Of a stretch of DNA of 64,000 bases, positions 1 to 10,946 are shown one piece after another. Each line of letters starts with the position of its first letter. The first letter of the stretch is position 1. Made by a program: the position numbers and the translations under genes. The DNA is from Histomonas meleagridis 2922-C6/04-290x. Lineage: Eukaryota > Protista > Parabasalia. The notes under the pieces are model-generated. The model saw nothing but the letters and a program-made list of their open reading frames with translations, was not told the origin of the DNA and searched no databases. The stretch is taken from positions 186,001 to 250,000 of the forward strand of contig JAANOX010000011.1 in NCBI GenBank assembly GCA_020184695.1, read 5' to 3'.

Positions 1-1
1 T

Positions 2-499
2 ACAGATTTAATTGTTGATGTTGAAGGATTTGAGTTTTCTGAATACGCGCAAAACATTCAGCGAAGTTTTAATTTTAATTGTATAACAAAGTTATATGCA
101 GATATAGATGGGAATCCGAGAGTAGGAATTTTCGGTGTTAAGAATAAAGGACTGATTTTAGAAAAAAGAAACTCCTTACATGCAATCAACGCAAACTGTA
201 AGTTGATGTTGCCTTTGGATGGTAACATTCCATATCCGATACCGATAATTGAATGGAAAACACAAAAAGTGAAACAAAAGCAGAAAAGTGTCACGAAAAA
301 TAAAGCTCAGAAAAAAAACGCGGAAATTTCAAAAACAGAAATTGATTTTAATATGTCGTTGTTGTCGGCATTTTGTAATGACATTATACCACCGTTGCCT
401 ATAGATTTGGTAAAAGAAAAGGAGTTGGCTAGAAACCATATGTCTTCAATCGTAAGAAATAGATCTGCAAGATCGGCTAAAAGACATGATGAAAAATAA
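2..499 (+). CDS. 5'-partial hypothetical protein; the frame is open from the window edge
   Basis: The frame of ORF 203..499 has no stop back to position 2 (TDLIVDVEGFEFSEYAQ...). No recognisable domain. Confidence 0.5.
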   Translation, partial: TDLIVDVEGFEFSEYAQNIQRSFNFNCITKLYADIDGNPRVGIFGVKNKGLILEKRNSLHAINANCKLMLPLDGNIPYPIPIIEWKTQKVKQKQKSVTKNKAQKKNAEISKTEIDFNMSLLSAFCNDIIPPLPIDLVKEKELARNHMSSIVRNRSARSAKRHDEK

Positions 500-862
500 T
501 GCGATGAAATTAGAGGTTTATAAACATTATTATTATGTGTAATTATTTTGTTTTTATTTGGAAAAAAATTATCTGCAACTTTTTCATAAAGGTGGCCGTT
601 AACATACAACTATTTAGTGTGGGGAGTACCCCCAACAAGAAATCATTAATTTTTTGTACACAAAATATGCCACTAATATGAAAATGATAAATAAATCTTT
701 TATTCTAATTATTAAATTAAAAAAATATTTAAAAAATTCATCAATTTGCAATTAAGAATGTGATTCTTGGGTTGCGTTTTCTTTTTTAAACATTAAAATG
801 TATACTAAATATGTTGAAGTCTTTCCTATTCCATATGGAAGAAATATAACACTCAATCAATT

Positions 863-2584
863 TCAAATAAGCATCAAGAAAACTGATACTGTTCTGAAAT
901 GTCTCATACCTATTATTTCTTCATTTTTATTAAATTCATTTATATAAAAAACAGTAAAAAAATCAGAATAAAAACAGTAATAATTTGAATATATAAATAT
1001 TGTATAATTATAATAAATAAATTCTGTTGTAACATAAGTGAATATTGAGTTTATATCAGAAATTGAATTTGTTAAAAAAGAGTTGAAAACGCTTAATGTT
1101 TGGCTATAGGATAATGAATATATCAATGTAAATGAACAAGAAATAGTTGAAACGAATTGTAAATTTTTGTTTGTTACAAATAAAGTGAAATATGTATTTG
1201 AATCAGAAAATGTAAATGTTTTACTTTGAGAATAAGTATTTGACTGTGAATATGAATTACTTTGTGAAAACGTATTCGATTCAATATATGAATTTGATTT
1301 GGCTAATGTAGAATATGTATTACTGCGTGTGAATGAAGGTGTTGCTGGAATACATTCATCAAATATCGTTTTGGTAATGTTAAGTTCTCCAAATGATTCA
1401 CTCACATATGATGTTGATATTACAGTAACTGTATCTATTTGTGTGTTTTGGAATGCATTCACTCCAACAATTTGTTCACGCGTTCCATAATAATATATAC
1501 ATTTAAGTTGTACACAATTAAGAAATGCTGAATTGCAGATATTTTCAACATTTCCTGTAATATAAATTGATGTTAAATTCGTACAACTTTCAAATGCATT
1601 GTTACAAATAGTTGTAACTGTTTCTGGAATTGAAATGTAACTTAATTTTGTACATTCATAAAATGTATACTGTGAAATTTGTGGAATATTTCCAAGTTCA
1701 AATATTTCCAAACTTTTACAATTTCGAAATGCATAGTCACCAAGCGATGTAACTGAAGTCGGAGTGCTGAAAATTTTTAAACTTGAACAATAGCCAAATG
1801 CAGTTGACTCAATTGTCGTTAATTTATTTCCGACAATAATTGTTTCTAATTTAGTACAAAAATAAAGTCCATGTTCACATATTATTTCAATGCTTTCTCC
1901 AAGATCTATTGTTGTTAAACTTGAACATTGACTAAATCCATAAACACCAATCGTTGTTAATTTATTTCCAAAAATAATTGTTTGCAAACTTGAACAACGA
2001 TAAAATGCAGAATACCCAATTGCCTCAATATTTTCCCCAAGATTTAATGTTTCCAAACTTGAACATTCTCGAAATGCATAATAACCAATTGACTCAACGT
2101 TTTCCCCAAGATTTAATGTTGCTAAACTTGAACAATATTGAAATGTATAATTCCCTCCTGATGTAATAATATTTGGGTAATAAAATATAATTGAATTTAA
2201 TTTGCTACATATGCTAAATGCAAAATTTGGAATTTGCGCAATATTTCCAAATATTTCAACTGTTTCTAAATTAGAACACTCACTAAATGAAGAACTTCCA
2301 ATTTTTGTAACCGATTCTCCAATTTCAACTGCTTTAGGGGATTCCCATTTGTAAAGAGCACTGTCTGGTACTTCTGTTAATCCATATGAAAAAATGATTT
2401 TTTCTGCAATAGTACTATACTTATTTTTGAAACTCGAATCTATTATATCACCACTTGCTATTATAAGTGTTTTTGTAGTTACAGACCATTGTTCTGATTT
2501 TGTCCGAATAAAAAGGATATAAATTAAAAATGGATAAAAAGATTGACTTTTAATTTTGTTGACTTTATTTTTGAGATGAATAAA
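863..2584 (-). pseudogene. BspA-like leucine-rich-repeat surface protein, probably a pseudogene
   Basis: TpLRR repeats (LxxIxIGxxLTTIxxxAFxxCxxL), a Ser/Thr-rich stalk and a hydrophobic C-terminal region. The frame is open from 2584 to 863 but has no ATG until the last 14 codons. Two TGA stops interrupt the apparent transmembrane segment. Confidence 0.8.
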
Positions 2585-3214
2585 TTAATGAATAAATTAA
2601 TAAGAAAAACAATATTTATTAGAAATAAAAATTTATTATTATGAAGATAATTCATATTTTTTCGTTGATTTTCAGATTGAAATAATGAATCAGATTTTCC
2701 AAAAACCAATTTTCTATAATTCATAATAGATTTGATGAGGTAGATATTTAACATTGTTAATAATAATGTAAATGATTTCCCTTGTTCTATAGTTTGTTTT
2801 AGTATTCACATCACATTAGGGTTATCCCCAGAAAAACTGACTTTCCATCGACTTCACTCTTTGAACGGCTACTATCGTATTTTTTCCCAAAAGCATCTTT
2901 TAACCAAGATTAAGTTTGACACAAAACGGAGTGAATTTCCTGATAGTATATAAATCAATTCTGTGAACATCAAGTAAAACCAGTCATTTAACCAAAATAA
3001 AAAATATATAGAATAAAGAACTAAAAGTGATTCCTAAAGTTCCAATAAAATTAATTATCGAATTAATGTGAAATATTAAAAGTAACATAAGATAAGGAAG
3101 GATGAATCAAATAATTTTTTTAAAATAACATGTTTATGAATGAATTATAAAAAATAAATTATCTAAGAAAAAATTATGTTGAAACATGTTTTTTACAAAA
3201 AACCATTTTTCAAA

Positions 3215-5052
3215 GATCTTCATCATATGCAAAATCAATCTCATCTTTCTTTTGAAGAAGAAGATCAATAATTTCATCATTTCCTAAATCATACGCAACA
3301 TCAAGTGGTGAAGGAAGAAAGATAATTAAACTTCATTAATATAAAAACAAAAGAATCATTGATGAAACCGAACATTCTATATCAATGTCATCTCTTTCTA
3401 AAAGAAGTTGAACAATATCCACAAATTCTTTTTCACATGCAACAACTAATGCTGTTTTATTATATATAAATAAACCACAAGTTATTCAATAAAACTTGAA
3501 AAACATTAAATATATATCATATAAAAATAAAAAACATTAATATCAAATACATAAAATAAATACCAAAAAATACAAATTAATATCAAATTTTAAGAAAAAA
3601 CAATAGAAAAAACAAATAAACTTTAAATAAAGAAAAGAGATTTCAAATGAAATGGATAAACACGTATATGAAATTCATTAAATAAACAGAATCTGCATTA
3701 ACATCTATTTTTTCATGTGATAATAATAATTTTACAACATCATAATGTCCATTTTCACATGCAATATATAATGGCGTTTTCTAACTTAAAAATGAATATC
3801 AAATCAAAATAACAGACGAAAAATTAAGAAAAGAAATTCCAAATATTATTAAGAAACAAAAAAAATTATAAATAAACAATTATATTAGATAAAAAAGAAC
3901 TCCAAATAAACAAAAGTAACTTTAAATCTATAAAAAGCAAACATTAAAAATATCATATAAACTTTAAATATTATAAAATAACAATTTCTATAAATTAAAA
4001 AAACTTCTAAAAGAAAAAAATTAACAGAAAAAAAATATAATAAACACAAGTTAAATTCACATCTATTTTTGGTTTTTGTAAAAGCAATTCTACGATTTCA
4101 GTAATTCCTTTTTCACAAGCAAAATGAAGAGGATAAGTTTGTAATAACAAAAATATATATCATTAAAAATATTTGAACACTTTTCACATTAACTTTACAA
4201 TTAACATCTATTTTTATATTTTGAAGAAGAACTCTAATAACATCAATAAACCTGTTTTCACAAGCAATGTAAAGAGGTGACTTAAAATAAAGAAATAAAC
4301 ATTAAATTATATAAAATAATTTTACATAAATTAACTCGAATTTTTGGATTTTGACAAAGAAGCTTAACTACTTCTACAAAGCCTTTTTTACATGCAACAA
4401 TAAGTGGTGTTTCAAAAGAAAAATTGAAACATCAGAATATATAAACAAATTTTAAATAATGTAAATAAACATAAAATTCGTTTGGATTGATTTTGTACCA
4501 TTTAAGAATTTCTTTTACAAGTTCTACTTGATTATTTTTACATGCAATATGAAGAACAGTATTATAACTTAAAATTATACATTATTATAATAAAATCAAC
4601 ATAAAGTTTCTTATATAAAAGAAAAAAACGCCGAAAAAAGTAAAGAAATTCTATTTTCAATTCTTTTGTTCAGATCAAAATGACAATTTTGAATAAGACA
4701 ACACGCAATTTCAAACTCCTTATCCGCACATGCATACTCAAGTAGATTCAAAAATAAATAAAATAAAGATCATCAAATTATCATATCAAACAACTGTATT
4801 ACTATAATTAAAATTTTCACTTTTAATAAGAAGAAATGCGATTTCTTTAAAACCTTTTTCAATTGCATAATGTATTGGCTGCTTAAAAAATTGGATTTAA
4901 CATTAAATAAAATCATGAAAAATGGAAAAAATTATAGAAACCAATTAAAATAGGATTAAATATCAGATAAGTTTTGATTAATATTTCTAAATCGTAAAAG
5001 AAGTCTTACAATTTCAGTATACCCTTTTTGAGTTGCATAATGAAAAGCTGTT
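3215..5052 (-). other. Ten ankyrin-repeat modules separated by T-rich intervening sequences (continuation of the 5053..6213 gene)
   Basis: Manual translation gives KTAFHYATQKGYTEIVRLLL, KQPIHYAIEKG, NLLEYAC, NTVLHIACKNN, ETPLIVACKKG, KSPLYIACEN, TYPLHFACEKG, KTPLYIACENGHYDVVKLLL, KTALVVACEK and SPLDVAYDLG. Spacers of roughly 30-265 nt lie between them. Coordinates are approximate. Confidence 0.85.
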
Positions 5053-6213
5053 TTAAATATGAAAATAAAACAAATAACAAAATAAAAAAACATCTTTATC
5101 ATTTCCAGCTTTTACACTTGAAATAACTTTATTTTGTTCTAATGACAAAATGAAATCAATAATATAAATGTTTCCTTGTCTAGCAGCAGTAATAATAACA
5201 AGTGGATCAACAGTTTTTGTTTCGTTTTCGATCAAAAACATAAACACCTCGAAGTTATAATATTCTATACATTTTGTAATCATATGATTAATAAAATCGA
5301 TATTATTATCTCTTGATTCGAAAAGATAAAAGAATACGTCATTTTGATGATATTCAATAGCAGTATTAAATGCACTTGAAGAAAATTCAACACCATTTTG
5401 TTCACATATTCGAATGATTTCAATATTTCCACCTGCAACAGGAAATTTTTCATTTACTATTGCACCATTTAATATTAAATACTTGAAACATTTTACAGAT
5501 CCGAAAAATGCACAATAATTTATAAGAGAAACAGATATTACACATGAATATTGTTCATATAAAGATACTTCAATTCTTTGATTGAGGTCAAAATGTGGTT
5601 CAGATGCAATTTGTTGAAGTTCATCGCATTCATCATTCAACAGTATTTGTGCAATTTGTGATTGATTAATTCCTTTTTTTATATATTGTAGATGTAATTT
5701 CCAATCATCTTTCTTAAGAACAGAATACATTCCCGGATTTTTTGGAAAATATTGGAATTTCATTCGATTAAATATTTCTTTTGAAATGTTTTCATTATAA
5801 AAATGCGCAAAATAAAATGTTCGCTTTTGAATTTGATCAGGCGTTATCAATCCATAATCAAGCATTAGAGATAACATATGATTTGCTTCATGTTCATATG
5901 ATGACTTATTCATAAATTGAGTAAATAAATTTCTTATTTCTTCAATGTGTTCAGAAATCATTTTAATAAACTCAATACATTCGTTTGCAGAATTACGCTT
6001 AGAAAGATACGATTGAAATAAAAGTCTACATAATAATACATTGAAAATATGACTATTTTTTTGGTCGTAAATTTGAAGAACAGAATTAACAGATGCTTCA
6101 CATGAATCAGATGAAATAGAAAAAATAATATCTTCAAGTTTGAGTAATAAATTTATACTATTATTTTCCTGAGAAATATCTTGAAAAGTCTTGCTTGTTA
6201 CGGTTTTAGGCAT
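5053..6213 (-). CDS. DUF3447/ankyrin-repeat protein (first, uninterrupted part)
   Basis: INYCAFFGSVKCFKYLILNGA, AGGNIEIIRICEQ and AIEYHQNDVF are typical of the trichomonad DUF3447-ankyrin family. Confidence 0.85.
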   Translation of the reverse strand: MPKTVTSKTFQDISQENNSINLLLKLEDIIFSISSDSCEASVNSVLQIYDQKNSHIFNVLLCRLLFQSYLSKRNSANECIEFIKMISEHIEEIRNLFTQFMNKSSYEHEANHMLSLMLDYGLITPDQIQKRTFYFAHFYNENISKEIFNRMKFQYFPKNPGMYSVLKKDDWKLHLQYIKKGINQSQIAQILLNDECDELQQIASEPHFDLNQRIEVSLYEQYSCVISVSLINYCAFFGSVKCFKYLILNGAIVNEKFPVAGGNIEIIRICEQNGVEFSSSAFNTAIEYHQNDVFFYLFESRDNNIDFINHMITKCIEYYNFEVFMFLIENETKTVDPLVIITAARQGNIYIIDFILSLEQNKVISSVKAGNDKDVFLFCYLFYFHI

Positions 6214-7008
6214 TTAGAATTGTGGCACCTTAACGATATCATTCAAAAAGTGAATATCAAATTTATCGGTCGATTAGCAATTCTTCATTCTTGGTTTTAT
6301 ATGTTTACGATTTTTAGAAATAAAAAAGAATAAGAATGTTTTCTTTGCATGATTTTAAGTCAAAGTCAGGAAAATTTTAGTAGACATCGATTTACACCAA
6401 AATAAAATTAGAGACAACAAAGGATTAAATTTATATACTTATTGATGAAAAACAGATATAAAAACTCTATTTTTATGTAACATACAAATATAAGAGAAAA
6501 AAAAATCATTGTTATGCTTATGTTGAACGTATTCTAATTTCTTATTTTGAATCCAAATTATGAACTTTACATATCATCGATGATGAATAAAGTTGTGACA
6601 ACTACAATCGATCATCGGTATAATCTGGTTATTTTTATCAATCTTATACATTATGCATGTATTCTGATTCATGAAATCAAAAAATTTATTTCACCAAAAC
6701 TCATTTTAATGTGTAATAAACAAAGAATGTTTTGACTAACTTGAAAGATAAAATTTTAAAATATTTTATATTATACATATAATATCTCGAAAATTAAAAT
6801 GGAACGTTGGGATAATTTCACAAACAAGAAACTGGAAATTCCTATATCTTGATAGAAATGATTTTCCATTACCGAATTTGAAATTTGCCATTTCTTCATA
6901 CACAAATTTAATTCAATTTTTGAATTAACAATACGACAAAATCAAACAGCTAAAACATACATTCATCATGTTTTTTTTAAAAAAAACCAATGAAATAAAG
7001 AAAACTAA

Positions 7009-7482
7009 AATGTTATGGTTGAAGACCAAGCCATTAATTTACAATTATGGGATACAGCAGGGCAAGAAGATTATAAGAAACTTCGACCACTTTCATATCC
7101 ACAAACAGATGTTTTTATTCTTTGCTTTTCTTTAGTTTCACCTACTTCATTAGAAAATGTTCAAAACATGTGGGTTCCTGAAGTTAAAGAACATTGTCCT
7201 ACTACACCATATATCTTAGTTGGTATGAAGTGTGATCTTCGAGACGAGTTTGAAGAACACGCAGAAGAACTTAAATCCAAAGGTATGGAACCAATTTCTA
7301 CATCTACCGGTGAAGAAATGAAAGCCAAGATTGGAGCGTATGATTATGTTGAATGTTCTGCGTTGAAACAATATCATCTTAAAGAAGTCTTTGAGTCTGC
7401 GATCAAAATTGTTCTTCATCCACCAGCAGCAGCAGCGCCAGCCAAGAAGTCATCTGATGGTGGTTGCTGCGAAATGGTTTGA
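7009..7482 (+). CDS. Rac/Rho-family small GTPase lacking its N-terminal P-loop and switch I
   Basis: [38 protein letters not shown] (G4), ECSAL (G5) and C-terminal CCEMV. An in-frame TAA at 7006-7008 precedes the retained part. Confidence 0.85.
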   Translation, partial: NVMVEDQAINLQLWDTAGQEDYKKLRPLSYPQTDVFILCFSLVSPTSLENVQNMWVPEVKEHCPTTPYILVGMKCDLRDEFEEHAEELKSKGMEPISTSTGEEMKAKIGAYDYVECSALKQYHLKEVFESAIKIVLHPPAAAAPAKKSSDGGCCEMV

Positions 7483-7824
7483 ACCAAAGGAAGGGAAGTG
7501 ACCCATTCGAGCATTAACACGATACATCGAAAACTTTTAATTTTCTTAAGAAACGGTTTTGCCGTATTGAATTTCTGTATCGTTACATAGAAAACTGTTT
7601 TCAATAAAATTCGGTTTTTATCGCATTCAAATGTTTAAATGGAAAACGATCGAAAATTGACAAAATAATTTTACGTAAAATTGTCAATTGTATTGCGGTG
7701 TCACTTTTCTCGATGAAAGTTACTTTTGTATCATTCAATGTTTTCTATGAGACATTCGAATAAATGTCAACTTTTCGTGAATCAAACGATCGTTTTTATC
7801 AACATTTCTCTGAGTTATAAATAA

Positions 7825-8514
7825 ATGGAAGCAAAACAAAGTTCGACTGTTATAATGAAATACATTGATAACATTAAAAAATTAAATTATATTGTGCAAG
7901 TAATTTTTAATTTAAATGAAGAAAATATTGATGAAACAATTGAAACTTCATTAACTTATTATTTTAAAGAATTTCTATTTTCATATAATTTAATCATTTG
8001 TTCAATTTTATATTCATATTTTGTTTCAAAGAATATTTATAAGGTATGCTTTAATTTTTTAAAATATCTTGAAACTAAAGAAAAAGAAACATATAATAAT
8101 TCTTATAATAAACTTATTGAATGTTTTATAGAGATTCTTACATATAAAAAAAAAAATATGTGAAAACCGAAAAAATCCTTATTTTGCACATTTTTTACCA
8201 ATTGAAGAAACTACAAAACTTAAACTGAAAGAATTTCATAATTTAACACATACATTACAGAATAAAGAATACATTGAATTTTTTTCGAAAAATTTTGAAA
8301 AATTAGCAAAGAATAATTAGGAGCTTCATAAGAAATATATTAAAGATGGACATAATCAAAGTGAAATCACAAAAATAATCGAAAATGATATCAATGTAAA
8401 AGAAATTTGCTTACTTTATTTAATGTTTATTTTAAGAATTTTTTATTTCAAAATAATATTTGGAGATTCGTCAAATTATTTAAGACCGCGCTTATGTTAG
8501 CTTCAAGATTGTGA
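7825..8514 (+). pseudogene. Internally deleted DUF3447/ankyrin pseudogene
   Basis: The N-terminus resembles 10947..12194 (IFNLNEENI, ELHKKYIKDGHN). It is frameshifted and jumps from IIEND directly to an ankyrin end, the family spacer and LFKTALMLAS. Confidence 0.75.
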
Positions 8515-9088
8515 AAATTGTCATATTTCAAACAATTAAAGATATATATAATTGTTCTTTAGATGATATTTCGTTTACATTAATTTCATTTTTGAATTCT
8601 TTAAATTATTTTTGTTGAAGCTTTCAGTCAAGAAGAAATTGATGAATGTTCGTATATGATATTCAAATGGATTTCTTTGTGCTTAAAAACTCAAATATTT
8701 TCATATAAATTTTGATGTATTTCTCCTAAAACTTTCCCAATGAGTTTACTGTAAATAATGTTTTTTGTTGATAACAAAACTTTTCGATAATATTTTTGAA
8801 ATATTCACAACTCTTTGAAGGAATTCAAATCATCCTCAATTAAATAGGATATCTAGAAATCCGAGAAGAAAATGCAAAAGCATAACTAAATATGATAAAA
8901 ACTTTTACTATATTATGAATTTCGTTATTAATGATAAAAGATACTTAGCTTGGAAATCATTAACATTTATGAAAGTTAATTTTAAAACACTTTATTATTA
9001 AAACATATAAATATTTTTTTCTTTTTAAAATGAAATTAATACACATCTTTGGAATATTAAATTTTTAATGAAAAAATATTTGTAATAT

Positions 9089-10946
9089 CTATGTCTCTTT
9101 CTGTTCAATCATTTTAACTATTTCTGTATAACCTTTATAAGATGCTAATATAAGTGCTGTTTTAAATAATTTAAATAATTTCCAAATATTATTTTGAAAT
9201 ATAAAATTATTAAAATAAATTTTATCTTTATCATTAATATCAATTCCTTTTTGTTCAAGAAGTATTTTAACTATTTCTGTATGACCATAATAAGATGCTA
9301 ATATAAGTGCTGTTTGAAATATTTTAAATAATTTCCAAATATTATTTTGAAATATAAAATTATTAAAATAAATATTAAATAAAACAAATAAATATTTTTA
9401 TCATTAATATCAATTCCTTCTTGTTCAAGAAGTAATTTAACTATTTCTGTATGACCATAATAAGATGCTAATATAAGTGCTGTTTTAAATAATTTAAATA
9501 ATTTCCAAATATTATTTTGAAGTATCAAATTATTAAAATAAATTTTATCTTTATCATTAATATCAATTCCTTTTTGTTCAAGAAGTAATTTAACTATTTC
9601 TGTATAACCTTTATAAGATGCTAATATAAGTGCTGTTTTAAATAATTTAAATAATTTCCAAATATTATTTTGAAATATAAAATTATTAAAATAAATATTA
9701 AATAAAACAAATAAATATTTTTATCATTAATATCAATTCCTTCTTGTTCAAGAAGTAATTTAACTATTTCTGTATGACCATAATAAGATGCTAATATAAG
9801 TGCTGTTTTAAATAATTTAAATAATTTCCAAATATTATTTTGAAATATAAAATTATTAAAATAAATTTTATCTTTATCATTAATATCAATTCCTTTTTGT
9901 TCAAGAAGTAATTTAACTATTTCTATACAACCTTTATTAGATGCTATAATAAGTGCTGTATTAAATAATTTGAATAATTTCCAAATATTATTTTGAAATA
10001 TAAAATTATTAAAATAAATATTAAATAAAACAAATAAATATTTTTATCATTAATATCAATTCCTTCTTGTTCAAGAAGTAATTTAACTATTTCTGTATGA
10101 CCATAATAAGATGCTAATATAAGTGCTGTTTTAAATAATTTAAATAATTTCCAAATATTATTTTGAAATATAAAATTATTAAAATAAATTTTATCTTTAT
10201 CATTAATATCAATTCCTTTTTGTTCAAGAAGTAATTTAACTATTTCTGTATAACCTTTATAAGATGCTAATATAAGTGCTGTTTTAAATAATTTAAATAA
10301 TTTCCAAATATTATTTTGAAATATAAAATTATTAAAATAAATATTAAATAAAACAAATAAATATCTTTAGCATTGATATCAATTTTTTCTTGTTCAAGAA
10401 GTAATTTAACTATTTCTGTATGACCATAATAAGATGCTAATATAAGTGCTGTTTTAAATAATTTAAATAATTTCCAAATATTATTTTGAAATATTAAATT
10501 ATAAAAATAAATTTCAAATAAAACAAATAAATATTTTTAGCATTAATATCAATTCCTTCTTGTTCAAGAAGTAATTTAACTATTTCTGTATGACCTTCAT
10601 AAGATGCATTCATAAGTGCTGTTTGAAATAATTTAAATGATTTCCAAATATTACTTTGAAATAAGAAATTATTATAACAAATGTTAAATAAAACAAATAA
10701 ATAGTTTTAGCATTGATGTCAATTCCTACTTGTTCAAGAAGTAATTTAACGATTTCTGTATGACCATTTGAAGATGCTATTATAAGTGCTGTATTAAATA
10801 ATTTAAATAATTTCCAAATATTATTTTGAAATATAAAATTATTAAAATAAATATTAAATAAAACAAATAAATATTTTTAGCATTAATATCAATTCCTTCT
10901 TGTTCAAGAAGTAATTGAACTATTTCTGTATGACCATAATAAGATG
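9089..10946 (-). repeat. Tandem array of 12 ankyrin modules (170-bp and 153-bp units), each a 34-aa-type repeat plus spacer
   Basis: The anchor TAAGATGC recurs on + at 9138, 9291, 9461, 9614, 9784, 9937, 10107, 10260, 10430, 10600, 10770 and 10940 (a few with single substitutions). Modules translate as KTALILASYYGHTEIVKLLLEQEGIDINDK. Confidence 0.95.

Noticed and set aside
615-640. GGGG-N-CCCC mini-hairpins here and near 55823
   Set aside because: Four-bp stems at only two sites with different loops; too weak to call an element.
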